A DNA stretch of 42,080 nt from an uncultured Thermoanaerobaculia bacterium (GCA_965364305.1 CBDTWX010000002.1:1-42080), one strand, 5' to 3'; shown: positions 33,176-42,080, counted from the first letter of the stretch. Notes: generated by a model from the sequence alone, not told the origin. A program made the numbers and translations.

Positions 33176-33363
33176 GAATTCGGAATGAGGAATTCCCACC
33201 TACCCTCCCCAGGACCGGATTTCGAATTTCGAAAGAGGTCAGGCGCTGGAACGAAATCAACTGTGTCGACTGAACTTCGCACCCAGACTGCGCCCAGGGA
33301 CATACGAACACCCGGGAGGGTGGGCGGGAACCAAAAACTCAACACTGGCTGCGGGTGGGTGGG
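33176..33363. repeat. composite intergenic repeat with oppositely oriented G-rich cores
   Basis: GAATTCGGAATGAGGAATT (33176-33194) is the exact reverse complement of 321-339. CCCACCTACCCTCCCC lies at 33195-33210 and GGATTTCGAATTTCGA at 33217-33232. GGGAGGGTGGGCGGGAACCAAAAACTCAACACTGG (33314 onward) parallels 246-286. GGGTGGGTGGG lies at 33353-33363. Confidence 0.8.
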
Positions 33364-33364
33364 C

Positions 33365-34897
33365 TCACTCCCACTCGATCGTGCCTGGCGGTTTGGAGGT
33401 CACGTCGTAGACCACGCGGTTGATCCCGGCGACCTGGTTGACAACCCGGCGGGCGATGCGGTCGAGGATCTCGGGGGGGAAACGATACCAACCCGCGGTC
33501 ATGAAATCTGACGTGGTGCCCGCACGCACCGCCAGCACGTTCTCGTAGGTTCGTGAGTCCCCCATCACGCCGACGCTCTTGACAGGCAATAGCACGCACA
33601 AGGCTTGTGAGATGTCGTCGTAGACCCCGGCACCGCGAATTTCCTCGATGACGATGGAGTCCGCCTCCTGCAGAGTTTGCACACGGATCGGATCCACCGA
33701 TCCGAGGATGCGCACTGCAAGGCCGGGTCCGGGGAAGGGGTGGCGCCAGACGAACTCGTGGGGCAGACCGAGCTCCTCCCCCACCCTGCGCACCTCGTCC
33801 TTGAAGAGATCCCGCAGCGGTTCGACAAGTGCCAGACCCAACCGCTCGGGTAAACCGCCTACGTTGTGATGAGTTTTGATGACCGAGGCGGTACCCCGCA
33901 CCCCGGAGGATTCGATGACGTCAGGGTAGAGGGTACCCTGGGCCAGGTAGCGAGCGTCGTTGTAGCGCGTCGCCTGTTCCTCGAAGACGTCGACGAACTC
34001 GCGACCGATGATCCTTCTCTTCTCTTCGGGATCCTCGACATCCGACAGGGCCGACAAGAACCGCTCCGCGGCGTCGACTCGAATCAGCTCGAGCCCGAAA
34101 TCTGAAAACCGCCGCGCCACGATAACGCCCTCGTTCTTTCGCAGAAGGCCGGTGTCGACGAAGATCGGCACCAGGCGATCGCCGATCGCCTCACGCAGAA
34201 GCATGGCGGTCACCGATGAGTCGACCCCGCCCGATACCCCGCAGATGACCCGACCGTCGCCCAGCGTCGCCTCGAGTTCGGCGACGAGGTCGTGTCGAAT
34301 CGCGGCCGGATTCCAGTCGCCTCGGGCGCCTGCGAGCTCGATGAAATGTTGGAGAATTCGCCTACCGTGCGGTGTATGTTGAACCTCCGGGTGGAACTGA
34401 AGGCCGATCAAGCGCCGACCCCTGTCGCACATCGCGGCGACTTCGGTGGTGGCGGTCCTCGCCAGGACCTCGAAACCCTCGGGAACCCTCTCGACCAGGT
34501 CGCCGTGACTCATCCACACCGGTTGTCGACTCGGAGTCGCGCCGAAGACCAGGCCCTCATCCAAAACTTCGAGCTCGGCCAGACCATACTCCCGCCGCTC
34601 CGAGGATCGAACCTCACCGCCGAGGTCGTGAGCCATCAGGTGGTGCCCGTAACAGATCCCCAACACCGGGATCTGGAGCTCGAAAACCTCGCGGTCCACC
34701 TGCAGTGCCCCTTCTTCGAAAACGCTTGCCGGTCCGCCTGAGAGCACGATTGCGATCGGAGAGGCGGCCCTGATCCCGTTGCCGTCGAGATCTCCTCGTT
34801 CGATCAGAGTCTTCACCCCGAGCTCGCGTAAACGGCGCGCTATCAGCTGCGTGTACTGAGATCCGAAATCGAGGATCAGGATGGTCTCGTGCTGCAT
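33365..34897 (-). CDS. guaA: GMP synthase (glutamine-hydrolysing)
   Basis: The ATG at 34897 gives MQHETILILDFGSQYTQLIARRLRELGV. The GATase motifs are GICYGHHLM and QFHPEV. The ATP-PPase P-loop is GVSGGVDSSV, and the C-terminus is YDVTSKPPGTIEWE. Confidence 0.95.
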   Translation of the reverse strand: MQHETILILDFGSQYTQLIARRLRELGVKTLIERGDLDGNGIRAASPIAIVLSGGPASVFEEGALQVDREVFELQIPVLGICYGHHLMAHDLGGEVRSSERREYGLAELEVLDEGLVFGATPSRQPVWMSHGDLVERVPEGFEVLARTATTEVAAMCDRGRRLIGLQFHPEVQHTPHGRRILQHFIELAGARGDWNPAAIRHDLVAELEATLGDGRVICGVSGGVDSSVTAMLLREAIGDRLVPIFVDTGLLRKNEGVIVARRFSDFGLELIRVDAAERFLSALSDVEDPEEKRRIIGREFVDVFEEQATRYNDARYLAQGTLYPDVIESSGVRGTASVIKTHHNVGGLPERLGLALVEPLRDLFKDEVRRVGEELGLPHEFVWRHPFPGPGLAVRILGSVDPIRVQTLQEADSIVIEEIRGAGVYDDISQALCVLLPVKSVGVMGDSRTYENVLAVRAGTTSDFMTAGWYRFPPEILDRIARRVVNQVAGINRVVYDVTSKPPGTIEWE

Positions 34898-35059
34898 GGA
34901 TGCTCCCGGAGCGGCGGCTTCGTGCTGCTGCTGGGGCGGAGAATAGCAGAGGGAGTGAGGAATGAGGAGTGACCGGTTTCCGTAGGGAACCCGACACAGG
35001 GACCGGGCGCCTCCGGCTGTGAGAAAGTGGAGGTGCGTGTTTGATCGGATGGTGAGTGG

Positions 35060-35515
35060 ATGTACGCCTGGATCCGCAAAGTAACTCCCGACCTCTTTCT
35101 GGCCGCTGTGATTGCCCTTCTCATCACGTTGGCGCAGAATCAGCTCGATGGAATGGAAAGCCGCCGCATTGTCGACGGCGTCCGTTCGGTCGCCCACGAT
35201 GGGCTCACCCTCGACGAGCGAATCGCCGCCTTCAGAGATTCGATTCGCCGTTCAACGCTGGTGTATCTCCCGATCCTGGTGGTGATGGGAGCCGGCGCGG
35301 TTGGATTGATTTGCCGCAACCGGAGCTGGGCTTGGCTGACAGCGATCCTGGCCGTCATACCGGCCCTCCTCATGGGGATCAGCTTCTTTGTCGACACTCT
35401 CGTCCCCGCGTTCGTCCTGGTCAGCGTCTACGTCAGCCTCGCCATCTTATCGGCCACCATCAGCGTGGTCGTGAGGAATCGTTTCATGACGGAGGAAATC
35501 TGGAATCGGGACTGA
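35060..35515 (+). CDS. hypothetical membrane protein (about 4 TM helices)
   Basis: A 151-aa ORF with hydrophobic segments LFLAAVIALLITLA, LVYLPILVVMGAGAVGLI, WLTAILAVIPALLMGISFF and AFVLVSVYVSLAILSATISVVV. I recognise no family. Confidence 0.4.
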   Translation: MYAWIRKVTPDLFLAAVIALLITLAQNQLDGMESRRIVDGVRSVAHDGLTLDERIAAFRDSIRRSTLVYLPILVVMGAGAVGLICRNRSWAWLTAILAVIPALLMGISFFVDTLVPAFVLVSVYVSLAILSATISVVVRNRFMTEEIWNRD

Positions 35516-35562
35516 AACAGAAATGCTCTCTGGCCGATATGCAGCCGCGACGGCTTCACACG

Positions 35563-35800
35563 CCCTGAACACTGCCCCTGCCACCTGTCGATGTAGCTGA
35601 TTCCTGCCCCTGATTGCTGCGCCTGATACCTGTCCCTGAACCTGATCGCTGTCTCTGCACCTCTCTCGACCTCACCGAATTCCGGATGAGCCCAACGTTT
35701 GAACGTTGAAAATGGAGTGGGTGGGATTACCGAATTCGTAGTTGAGAATTCAAGACTGAGCTCGGGTGGGTGGACGGATCGAGCATCCAGCATCCGGCAT
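35563..35800 (+). repeat. composite intergenic repeat: CTG-phased module, GAATTC-containing modules, GGGTGGGTGGACGG core, GCATCC-period module
   Basis: CTGAACACTGCCCCTGCCACCTGTCGATGTAGCTGATTCCTGCCCCTGATTGCTGCGCCTGATACCTGTCCCTGAACCTGATCGCTGTCTCTG, then GGAGTGGGTGGGATTACCGAATTCGTAGTTGAGAATTC, then TCGGGTGGGTGGACGGATCGAGCATCCAGCATCCGGCATCGG. Confidence 0.75.
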
Positions 35801-35837
35801 CGGTCGGTACGGGCTCAGGCAGCCCGTACCGGACGAG

Positions 35838-35866
35838 TTGACCTCCCCCGGTGACGCGGCTACGAT
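35838..35866 (+). promoter_or_regulatory. sigma70-type promoter candidate for the nuo operon (TTGACC, 17 nt, TACGAT)
   Basis: TTGACC at 35838-35843 and TACGAT at 35861-35866. The nuoA ATG at 35900 is preceded by AGAGGG. A 9-bp-stem hairpin (GGTACGGGC ... GCCCGTACC, 35808-35832) lies just upstream. Confidence 0.35.
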
Positions 35867-35899
35867 TCCACAAGGATGAAGGTCCACTAGAGGGTTCTC

Positions 35900-36313
35900 A
35901 TGGCCGATCAGTTCCTCCCCGTGCTGGTGACTCTTCTCGTAGCCATGGGATTCGCCGTGGCGCTCCTCGGCACGGCCCTCATTGTCGGCCAACGCACCCG
36001 ACACCGCGCCGCCAGAAAAAGGGAGAGCTACGAGTCCGGGATGCCGATCCTCGACCGCGCGAACAAACGGATCTCCATCAAGTTCTATCTGGTGGCCCTT
36101 GTCTTTGTGGTGCTCGATGTCGAGGTGGCTTTCCTCTACCCCTGGGCGATCAACTACCGATCCCTCGTCGCGGATGGATCGATGGTCGTTCTCTGGGACA
36201 TGCTCGCCTTTCTCGCCCTCCTCGCACTCACCTATGCCTACCTGTGGCGCAAGGGGATATTCGACTGGGGGCGGCGACCCCAATCCGCGCCTGAAAAGGG
36301 GCGCGGGGCATGA
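35900..36313 (+). CDS. nuoA: NADH-quinone oxidoreductase subunit A
   Basis: 137 aa with three TM helices. It carries YESGMP and the conserved FYLVALVFVVLDVEVAFLYPWA. Confidence 0.9.
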   Translation: MADQFLPVLVTLLVAMGFAVALLGTALIVGQRTRHRAARKRESYESGMPILDRANKRISIKFYLVALVFVVLDVEVAFLYPWAINYRSLVADGSMVVLWDMLAFLALLALTYAYLWRKGIFDWGRRPQSAPEKGRGA

Positions 36314-36840
36314 AGGAACAGACCACCCTCCCCCGCGTCGTTGCCTTGCCGGAAGAAGTCAGCGAGATCCGATTCGAAAAAAAAATGGAATCCGAGATCA
36401 AGAAGATCCTCGCGCGATATCCTGACACGACCGCGGCCCTGCTCCCCGTCCTGTGGCTCTGTCAGGATCGTTGGGGATGGATTTCACCGGGAATCATGCG
36501 GGCCATCGGCGACCGCCTCGATCTTTCGCCGGCCTACATCGAGGGCGTCGCCAGCTTCTACACCATGTATCAGCGCCAGCCGCCGGGGCGGTTTCTGCTT
36601 CAGGTCTGCACGACCCTCTCATGTCAGCTCTGCGGAACCTCCGGTCTGGTCGATCACCTCAAAGAAAAGCTCGGCATCGACTTTGGAGAAACCACCTCGG
36701 ACGGCGCCTTCACCCTGGTCGACGTCCAGTGTCTGGGAGCCTGCGGGGAAGCCCCCGTCGTCCAGATCAACGATGATTACTACTCGGACCTGACCGTCGA
36801 CCGGCTCGACGCGATCTTGGATCACCTGGCGGGCCAGTGA
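36310..36840 (+). CDS. nuoE: NADH-quinone oxidoreductase subunit E (2Fe-2S, thioredoxin-like)
   Basis: ALLPVLWLCQDRWGWIS, VCTTLSCQLCG and DVQCLGACGEAPVVQIND supply the four Cys ligands. ATGA overlap with the nuoA stop. ATG at 36385 (MESEIKKIL) is an alternative start. Confidence 0.9.
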   Translation: MKEQTTLPRVVALPEEVSEIRFEKKMESEIKKILARYPDTTAALLPVLWLCQDRWGWISPGIMRAIGDRLDLSPAYIEGVASFYTMYQRQPPGRFLLQVCTTLSCQLCGTSGLVDHLKEKLGIDFGETTSDGAFTLVDVQCLGACGEAPVVQINDDYYSDLTVDRLDAILDHLAGQ

Positions 36841-38156
36841 GCGAACCGATCCTTCTCCGTGCCCGGGGAGTCAAGAACTCCCGCCGCCTCGCGACCTACC
36901 TTCGAAGTGGGGGCTACAAGGCACTGGAAAAAGCGCTCGGAATGGACCCCACCGAAGTGATCGACGAGGTCAAGACGGCCGGTGTTCGCGGCCGGGGCGG
37001 CGCCGGTTTCCCTGCCGGTGTCAAGTGGGGTTTTGTTCCCAAGGACCTCGCGAAACCCACCTATCTGATCTGCAACGCCGATGAGTCGGAGCCGGGGACC
37101 TTCAAAGATCGCGAGCTCATTCTGGTCGATCCCCACATGGTCCTCGAGGGCATCGCCATCGCATCGTATGCGATCGGCGCCAACGTCGCCTACATCTACA
37201 TTCGCGGCGAGTTCGTTCGCGAGGCCGAGATACTCGACAAGGCGATCGGCGAAGCCCGGCGAAAAAATTATCTCGGGCCGGACATCCTCGGAAGTGGTTA
37301 CGATATCGAAATCTATCTCCACCGCGGTGCCGGCGCCTATATCTGCGGCGAGGAGACCGCGCTCATCGAATCCCTCGAAGGCAAGCGCGGACTCCCCCGT
37401 CTCAAACCGCCTTTCCCGGCCGTTGTCGGCGTCTTCGGATGCCCGACCGTGGTCAACAATGTCGAGACACTGGCCTGTGTGCCGCACATCATCGAGCACG
37501 GCGGGGAGTGGTTCGCCGGCATCGGAACCGAGCGGTCAACAGGTCCGAAGCTATTCAGCGTGTCGGGGCACGTCGAGCGACCCGGCGTCTACGAGTCTCC
37601 GATGGGGATTACGTTCAGGGAGATCATCGAAGATCTCTGCGGTGGCATGCGCGGCGGCAAAAAGCTCAAGGCGTTCATCCCGGGAGGATCATCGGCGCCG
37701 GTCCTGCCGGCCGACAAAATCGACACCCCGGCCGATTTCGACGCGGTGGCGCAGGCAGGTTCGATGCTCGGGTCCGGCGGCCTCATCGTCATGGATGAAA
37801 CGGTGGACATGGTGTGGGCGCTCGAGAACCTCCTCATCTTCTACGCTCCCGAATCCTGCGGACAGTGCACACCCTGCCGAGAGGGATCCGACTGGGCCCT
37901 GGACGTGGTGCGACGGATTCGACGTGGGCAGGGCCGGGCAGAAGATATTCAAACCTTGCGCCGGATCGCCCGTTTCGCAAGCCAGGGAATGACCATCTGT
38001 CCATTGGGAGACGCCTTTTGCGGACCCATTTCGAGTTTTCTCGACCACTTCGGTCACGAGTTCGAGGAGGCGATCGCGCAGGCCGAGAGAATGCCGTCGA
38101 AGGCCCTCCCCATTCTGCCCCTCACCTCGGATCGCGCGCTTTTCGGTATGGACTGA
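36837..38156 (+). CDS. nuoF: NADH-quinone oxidoreductase subunit F (NADH/FMN-binding, 4Fe-4S)
   Basis: GRGGAGFPAGVKW, NADESEPGTFKDRE and YICGEETALIESLEG are present, along with the N3 cluster motif ESCGQCTPCREG ... CPLGD. Confidence 0.95.
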   Translation: MSEPILLRARGVKNSRRLATYLRSGGYKALEKALGMDPTEVIDEVKTAGVRGRGGAGFPAGVKWGFVPKDLAKPTYLICNADESEPGTFKDRELILVDPHMVLEGIAIASYAIGANVAYIYIRGEFVREAEILDKAIGEARRKNYLGPDILGSGYDIEIYLHRGAGAYICGEETALIESLEGKRGLPRLKPPFPAVVGVFGCPTVVNNVETLACVPHIIEHGGEWFAGIGTERSTGPKLFSVSGHVERPGVYESPMGITFREIIEDLCGGMRGGKKLKAFIPGGSSAPVLPADKIDTPADFDAVAQAGSMLGSGGLIVMDETVDMVWALENLLIFYAPESCGQCTPCREGSDWALDVVRRIRRGQGRAEDIQTLRRIARFASQGMTICPLGDAFCGPISSFLDHFGHEFEEAIAQAERMPSKALPILPLTSDRALFGMD

Positions 38157-38165
38157 GGTCGGGCG

Positions 38166-39752
38166 ATGATCACGGTAACCATCGATGGACAGCAGGTCAC
38201 GGTCGCCGAAGGAACCAACATCGTCGAAGCGGCCAAGACGATCGCCGTCGAGATACCGACCTACTGTTACCACCCCGGTCTCTCGGTGGTCGGTCAGTGC
38301 CGGATATGCTTTGTCGAGGTCGAAGGCATGCCGCGTCTGGTGACCGCCTGTTCGACCCCTGTGCAGGAAGACATGGTCATCCTGACCAGCTCCGAGCGGG
38401 TCCGCGAGGCGCGCGCCGCGGTGATGGAGTTTCTGCTTGAAAACCACCCGCTCGACTGTCCGGTCTGCGATCAGGCCGGCGAGTGCGGTCTCCAGGATTA
38501 CTCGGTCGAGCACGGCCTCGACACGACCCACATGGTTGACGAGCGCCGCACTTACCCTGGGTATGAAAGGCGACTGATCGGCCCCCGCGTCGTCCAGAAC
38601 CAGAATCGTTGTATTCACTGTACGCGATGCATTCGGGTGACCACCGAGATCACGGAGACCGCCGACCTGACGATGAAATCGCGCGGCAATCACTCGTTCA
38701 TCGACACGTTTGACGGCAAACCGCTCGACAACCCATGGTCGGCCTGCGTCGCCGACGTCTGTCCGGTCGGCGCACTGACGGTCAAGGATTTCCGATTTCG
38801 CGCCCGCGTCTGGCACCTCGAGGAGACGGAGAGCGTGTGTCCGGGATGCAGCATCGGATGCAACATCCACCTCGGCCACCTCGACGGGGCGGTCCACCGA
38901 TTCGTTCCGCGAGAAAACGTCCAGGTCAACGGCTGGTGGATGTGCGACTACGGACGGTCCCTCGCCGAGGATCTCAACTTCCGCGAAATTGATCTACCCT
39001 TTGCGCGAACGGATGACGGTATTGTCAATTTGACGTGGGACAACGCCTTGGAGAGGCTGGCGTCATGGTTGCGAAGCGGCTCCCGCACGATGGTGGTGGC
39101 GTCGGCCAACCTCAGCAACGAGGCTCTGTTTTCCGTCCGCCGCAGCCTGATCGGCGCTGGCATCGACGTCGTCGTACCGATCTACCGCGGTGAGGAGCGC
39201 AAGATCAAGAACGGCCGCGGCGAATGGGTGACGGGGATTGACGCGCACGCCAACAGTACCGGGGCGCGTCTCTTGGGTCTGTTGGCGGTCGACGGCGCTG
39301 ATCTCGAGTCCTATATCCGCGACGGCGATGGTCCGTTGGTCCTCCTCGACGCCCACGCCCATCCGTGGCTCACGACTCAGGCGGCGGCCGAAGCGGCTGC
39401 CCAGCGACCTATCGCTGTGATGGCCCGCAAGCGAACACCGATCACCGACGCCGCCTCCTTGGTCGTGCCACTTGCCTCGTGGGCGGAGAACGAAGGCACC
39501 TATACCTCATCTACCGGGATCGTACAGCTGGTGCGGCGGGCGCTGCCCCCGGCCGGACAGGCCCGACCTTCCTGGGAAATCATGCACCGGCTAGCGATCC
39601 ATCTCGGTCAGGAACAGGAGCGGGAGGTGTCACCGAGGATTCTCTTTGCCGAGATGGCCGAAGTCATCTCCGCCTTTTCGGGAGTGACCTACGGCCGCCT
39701 GATGACCGAACCCGGGATGCCTGTCCACGAGGAGGTTACCGGTGTGGGTTGA
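38166..39752 (+). CDS. nuoG: NADH-quinone oxidoreductase subunit G, short form (528 aa)
   Basis: The N-terminal 2Fe-2S motif is IPTYCYHPGLSVVGQCRICFVEV. Also present are HPLDCPVCDQAGECGLQD, the 4Fe-4S motifs CIHCTRCIR and CPVGAL, and a shortened molybdopterin-like C-terminal region. Confidence 0.85.
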   Translation: MITVTIDGQQVTVAEGTNIVEAAKTIAVEIPTYCYHPGLSVVGQCRICFVEVEGMPRLVTACSTPVQEDMVILTSSERVREARAAVMEFLLENHPLDCPVCDQAGECGLQDYSVEHGLDTTHMVDERRTYPGYERRLIGPRVVQNQNRCIHCTRCIRVTTEITETADLTMKSRGNHSFIDTFDGKPLDNPWSACVADVCPVGALTVKDFRFRARVWHLEETESVCPGCSIGCNIHLGHLDGAVHRFVPRENVQVNGWWMCDYGRSLAEDLNFREIDLPFARTDDGIVNLTWDNALERLASWLRSGSRTMVVASANLSNEALFSVRRSLIGAGIDVVVPIYRGEERKIKNGRGEWVTGIDAHANSTGARLLGLLAVDGADLESYIRDGDGPLVLLDAHAHPWLTTQAAAEAAAQRPIAVMARKRTPITDAASLVVPLASWAENEGTYTSSTGIVQLVRRALPPAGQARPSWEIMHRLAIHLGQEQEREVSPRILFAEMAEVISAFSGVTYGRLMTEPGMPVHEEVTGVG

Positions 39753-40794
39753 CCTCGTCGTTATCGGCATCAAGCTCGCCTTCGTCCTGGTGGTTCTGCT
39801 CACCACGGTCCCGATCATGGTCTGGGTGGAGCGTCGCGGCTCGGCCCTCATCCAGGATCGCCTTGGACCCAACCGTGTGGGCCCGCTAGGCCTCCTGCAA
39901 CCAGTCGTCGACGTGGTGAAACTGCTGACGAAGGAGAACATCCAACCGGCTGGCGTGCAGAAGCTGCTCTACGTCCTCGCGCCGCTGATTGCCGTTGTTG
40001 TCGCCCTCAGCACCTTTATCGCGGTTCCATTCGGAATCGACACCGATCTCCAGCTCTTCGGACACGCGGTCAACGGCTTCATCGTTGCGCCCGACCTCAA
40101 CATCGGCATTCTCTACGTATTCGCCATCGCCTCTCTGGCCGTCTACTCACTCGTGCTCGCCGGCTGGTCGTCCGACAACAAGTACGCTTTGTATGGCGGA
40201 ATTCGCGCATCGGCGCAGGCGATCTCCTACGAGCTGGCGATGACCATCTCGATCGTCGGCGTGTTGATGAGTGCTGGCTCCCTCCATCTTCACCAGGTGG
40301 TGGACGCGCAGACCGGTTTGTGGCTCGGCTGGCTCCCACGGTGGAACGTCTTCCCGCAGTTCATCGGCGCCGTCACGTTCATCGTCGCGGTCTTCGCCGA
40401 GGCCAACCGACTACCCTTCGACCTCCCCGAGGCCGAGGCGGAGCTGGTAGCCGGCTATCACACGGAGTACTCGTCGATTCGATTCGCCGCCTTCTACATG
40501 AGCGAGTACCTCCACATGACGGTTGCGGCCTCGCTGATCACCGTGCTCTTCTTCGGTGGGTGGAATCTTCCGTGGATCGATATCCCTCTCAAGGGCTGGC
40601 CGGGGGCCCTCCTGTCGATGTCCGTATTTTCCGGCAAGGTGGCGTTTTTTCTGTGGTTCTTTGTCTGGGTTCGTTGGACCCTCCCCCGCTTCCGCTTCGA
40701 CCAGCTCATGGCGCTGGGGTGGAAGGTAATGGTTCCGTTAGCCGTTCTCAACTTCCTCTGGGTCGGGGTCGGTATGGCATTGGGATACTTGTAG
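39742..40794 (+). CDS. nuoH: NADH-quinone oxidoreductase subunit H
   Basis: MVWVERRGSALIQDRLGPNRVGPLGLLQP, LAGWSSDNKYALYGGIRASAQAISYE and NRLPFDLPEAEAELVAGYHTEYS are present. The GTG start overlaps the nuoG end. Confidence 0.95.
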   Translation: MWVDLVVIGIKLAFVLVVLLTTVPIMVWVERRGSALIQDRLGPNRVGPLGLLQPVVDVVKLLTKENIQPAGVQKLLYVLAPLIAVVVALSTFIAVPFGIDTDLQLFGHAVNGFIVAPDLNIGILYVFAIASLAVYSLVLAGWSSDNKYALYGGIRASAQAISYELAMTISIVGVLMSAGSLHLHQVVDAQTGLWLGWLPRWNVFPQFIGAVTFIVAVFAEANRLPFDLPEAEAELVAGYHTEYSSIRFAAFYMSEYLHMTVAASLITVLFFGGWNLPWIDIPLKGWPGALLSMSVFSGKVAFFLWFFVWVRWTLPRFRFDQLMALGWKVMVPLAVLNFLWVGVGMALGYL

Positions 40795-40804
40795 GCGGTT
40801 ATCA

Positions 40805-41308
40805 GTGGTGACCTTCGTTTTTCTCGCGGCAGCGGCCATCGCGGTCATATTCGCGATCCTCGCCGTGGTGCCCAGGAATCCGATGACCAACGTGCTGTCG
40901 CTGGTGGTGATGTTCTTTGCGATGGCAGCGATATTTGCGATCCTCGGGATGGATTTCCTCGCCGCCATCCAGGTCATCGTGTACTCGGGTGCCATTCTGG
41001 TCCTTTTCCTCTTCGTCATCATGCTGCTCAATATCCGTCGGGTGGAGTCATTCGGCAGCGGGCGCCCGTTGCACGCCCTGATCGGAACGCTGGTTGCAGC
41101 AGCCATCGGTGGAATCGTCCTGGTGATCGCCGCGCTCCTCGTGCCCGAACGAGGGAGTGTGCTTCCTGGCGCCCTTGATACCGGCACCGCGATCCCCATC
41201 GGCAAGGCCCTCCTGAGCACCCACCTCTTCGCCTTCGAGTTCATTACTCTGGTGCTCGTTGCGGCGATCGTCGGCGCGGTCTATCTCGGAAAGCAGGAAC
41301 CGCGATGA
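40805..41308 (+). CDS. nuoJ: NADH-quinone oxidoreductase subunit J
   Basis: 167 aa with NPMTNVLSLVVMFFAMAAIFAILGMDFLAAIQVIVYSGAILVLFLFVIMLL. It starts only 10 nt after the nuoH stop. Confidence 0.9.
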   Translation: MVTFVFLAAAAIAVIFAILAVVPRNPMTNVLSLVVMFFAMAAIFAILGMDFLAAIQVIVYSGAILVLFLFVIMLLNIRRVESFGSGRPLHALIGTLVAAAIGGIVLVIAALLVPERGSVLPGALDTGTAIPIGKALLSTHLFAFEFITLVLVAAIVGAVYLGKQEPR

Positions 41309-41652
41309 CTCCTCCAGACGCAGTTGCCGTTCCCTACACTTGGGTACTGGCCCTGTCGGCGGTTCTATTTGCCATCGGCACGCTCGGGGTCCTCTTGCGT
41401 CGCAACGGGATCGCGATTTTTCTCTCGCTCGAGATCATGCTCAATTCGGCCAATCTCGCGTTTGCGGCCTTTGCCTTCCGGTTTGCATCCGGTCATGCCA
41501 CCGCGGCAGCGGCGCTGGACGGCCAGGTCTTCATCTTTTTCGTCATCGCTGTCGCGGCGGCCGAAGCGGCCGTCGGGCTGGCGATATTCATCGCTCTCCA
41601 CCGTCTCAAGGACTCAATCGATGTCGATCGTGCCAACATCCTCCGCTGGTAG
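41305..41652 (+). CDS. nuoK: NADH-quinone oxidoreductase subunit K
   Basis: 115 aa with LFAIGTLGVLLRRNGIAIFLSLEIMLNSANLAFAAF and AAAEAAVGLAIFIALHR. ATGA overlap with the nuoJ stop. Confidence 0.9.
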   Translation: MTPPDAVAVPYTWVLALSAVLFAIGTLGVLLRRNGIAIFLSLEIMLNSANLAFAAFAFRFASGHATAAAALDGQVFIFFVIAVAAAEAAVGLAIFIALHRLKDSIDVDRANILRW

Positions 41653-41661
41653 GAGCGTCTG

Positions 41662-42080
41662 ATGCTCGGTTTCATCTGGTTGATACCGATCATCTGCCTG
41701 GCGGGCGCCGCCTTCAACCTGCTTCTCGGCGTGTTCAGCGCTCCGAAGAGAGTCGTCACCGTCGTCGGCGTCGGCTCGGTGGCTGCGTCGACAGTCATCA
41801 CCTACGCGGCGCTCTGGCAGTACCTCGATCAACCCTTGGATGTCGTGTTCGGCCGCTATTTCACGTGGATCTCCGCCGGCTCGGTCACGGTCAACGCGTC
41901 CTTCCAACTCGACCCGCTGTCGGCGGTGATGCTGGCCTTCGTGACCTTTGTCGGCCTTCTGATCCACATCTATTCGATCGGCTACATGCATTCCGAATCG
42001 AGGGCGGGCTACGCCCGCTACTTCGGCTATCTCAACCTCTTCATGTTCTCGATGCTGCTGCTGGTTCTGGGCTCGAACCT
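41662..42080 (+). CDS. nuoL: NADH-quinone oxidoreductase subunit L, N-terminal part (runs off the window)
   Basis: This ORF is not in the supplied track because it is open-ended. My translation from the ATG at 41662 is MLGFIWLIPIICLAGAAFNLLLG ... FQLDPLSAVMLAFVTFVGLLIHIYSIGYMHSE ... YFGYLNLFMFSMLLLVLGSN, the typical NuoL/ND5 N-terminus. Confidence 0.85.
   Translation, partial: MLGFIWLIPIICLAGAAFNLLLGVFSAPKRVVTVVGVGSVAASTVITYAALWQYLDQPLDVVFGRYFTWISAGSVTVNASFQLDPLSAVMLAFVTFVGLLIHIYSIGYMHSESRAGYARYFGYLNLFMFSMLLLVLGSN

Overview
GC-rich chromosomal segment from a diderm bacterium, judged from the LPS-transport genes. The gene content (rpoN-linked regulatory PTS with HprK, fused Lpt components) fits an Acidobacteriota-like or related lineage, but that is inference only. 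The window is mostly densely packed housekeeping operons. (1) accA. (2) An lptC/A-like gene, lptB, rpoN, hpf, ptsN, hprK, rapZ, an EIIA-Man-type gene, ptsH, ptsI and a cupin gene. (3) miaB, a bifunctional-nuclease-family gene, parA and parB. (4) A fused lptF-lptG permease. (5) Minus strand: acyl-CoA thioesterase and a serine hydrolase. (6) Minus strand: scpA and scpB, divergent from a DEDD-type exonuclease. (7) A minus-strand chemosensory operon: cheW, mcp, cheA-REC, cheB, cheR-TPR. (8) Minus strand: guaA, a COG2403 P-loop protein and a membrane protein. (9) A nuo operon with the unusual order A-E-F-G-H-J-K-L, running off the window end. I saw no rRNA, tRNA, CRISPR array, transposase, integrase, prophage, toxin-antitoxin or recognisable defence genes, and I cannot support a novel multi-gene protein system. 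The least-explained signal is non-coding. First, an 18-bp perfect palindrome occurs inside parB and again about 3 kb downstream, bracketing an AT-rich gap with DnaA-box-like repeats; this is a candidate non-canonical parS and origin region. Second, a dispersed composite repeat family occupies nearly every large intergenic gap. It combines G-quadruplex-type cores with short-period tandem modules, and twice lies next to fragments of four-helix-bundle (23S rRNA IVS / Avd-like) genes. Protein-level oddities are an MCP with a C-terminal Cache/PAS-like domain, single-polypeptide LptC/A-like and LptFG proteins, an lptB with no canonical start codon, and a probable leaderless accA. All calls come from reading the sequence and translations by eye, with no database search.
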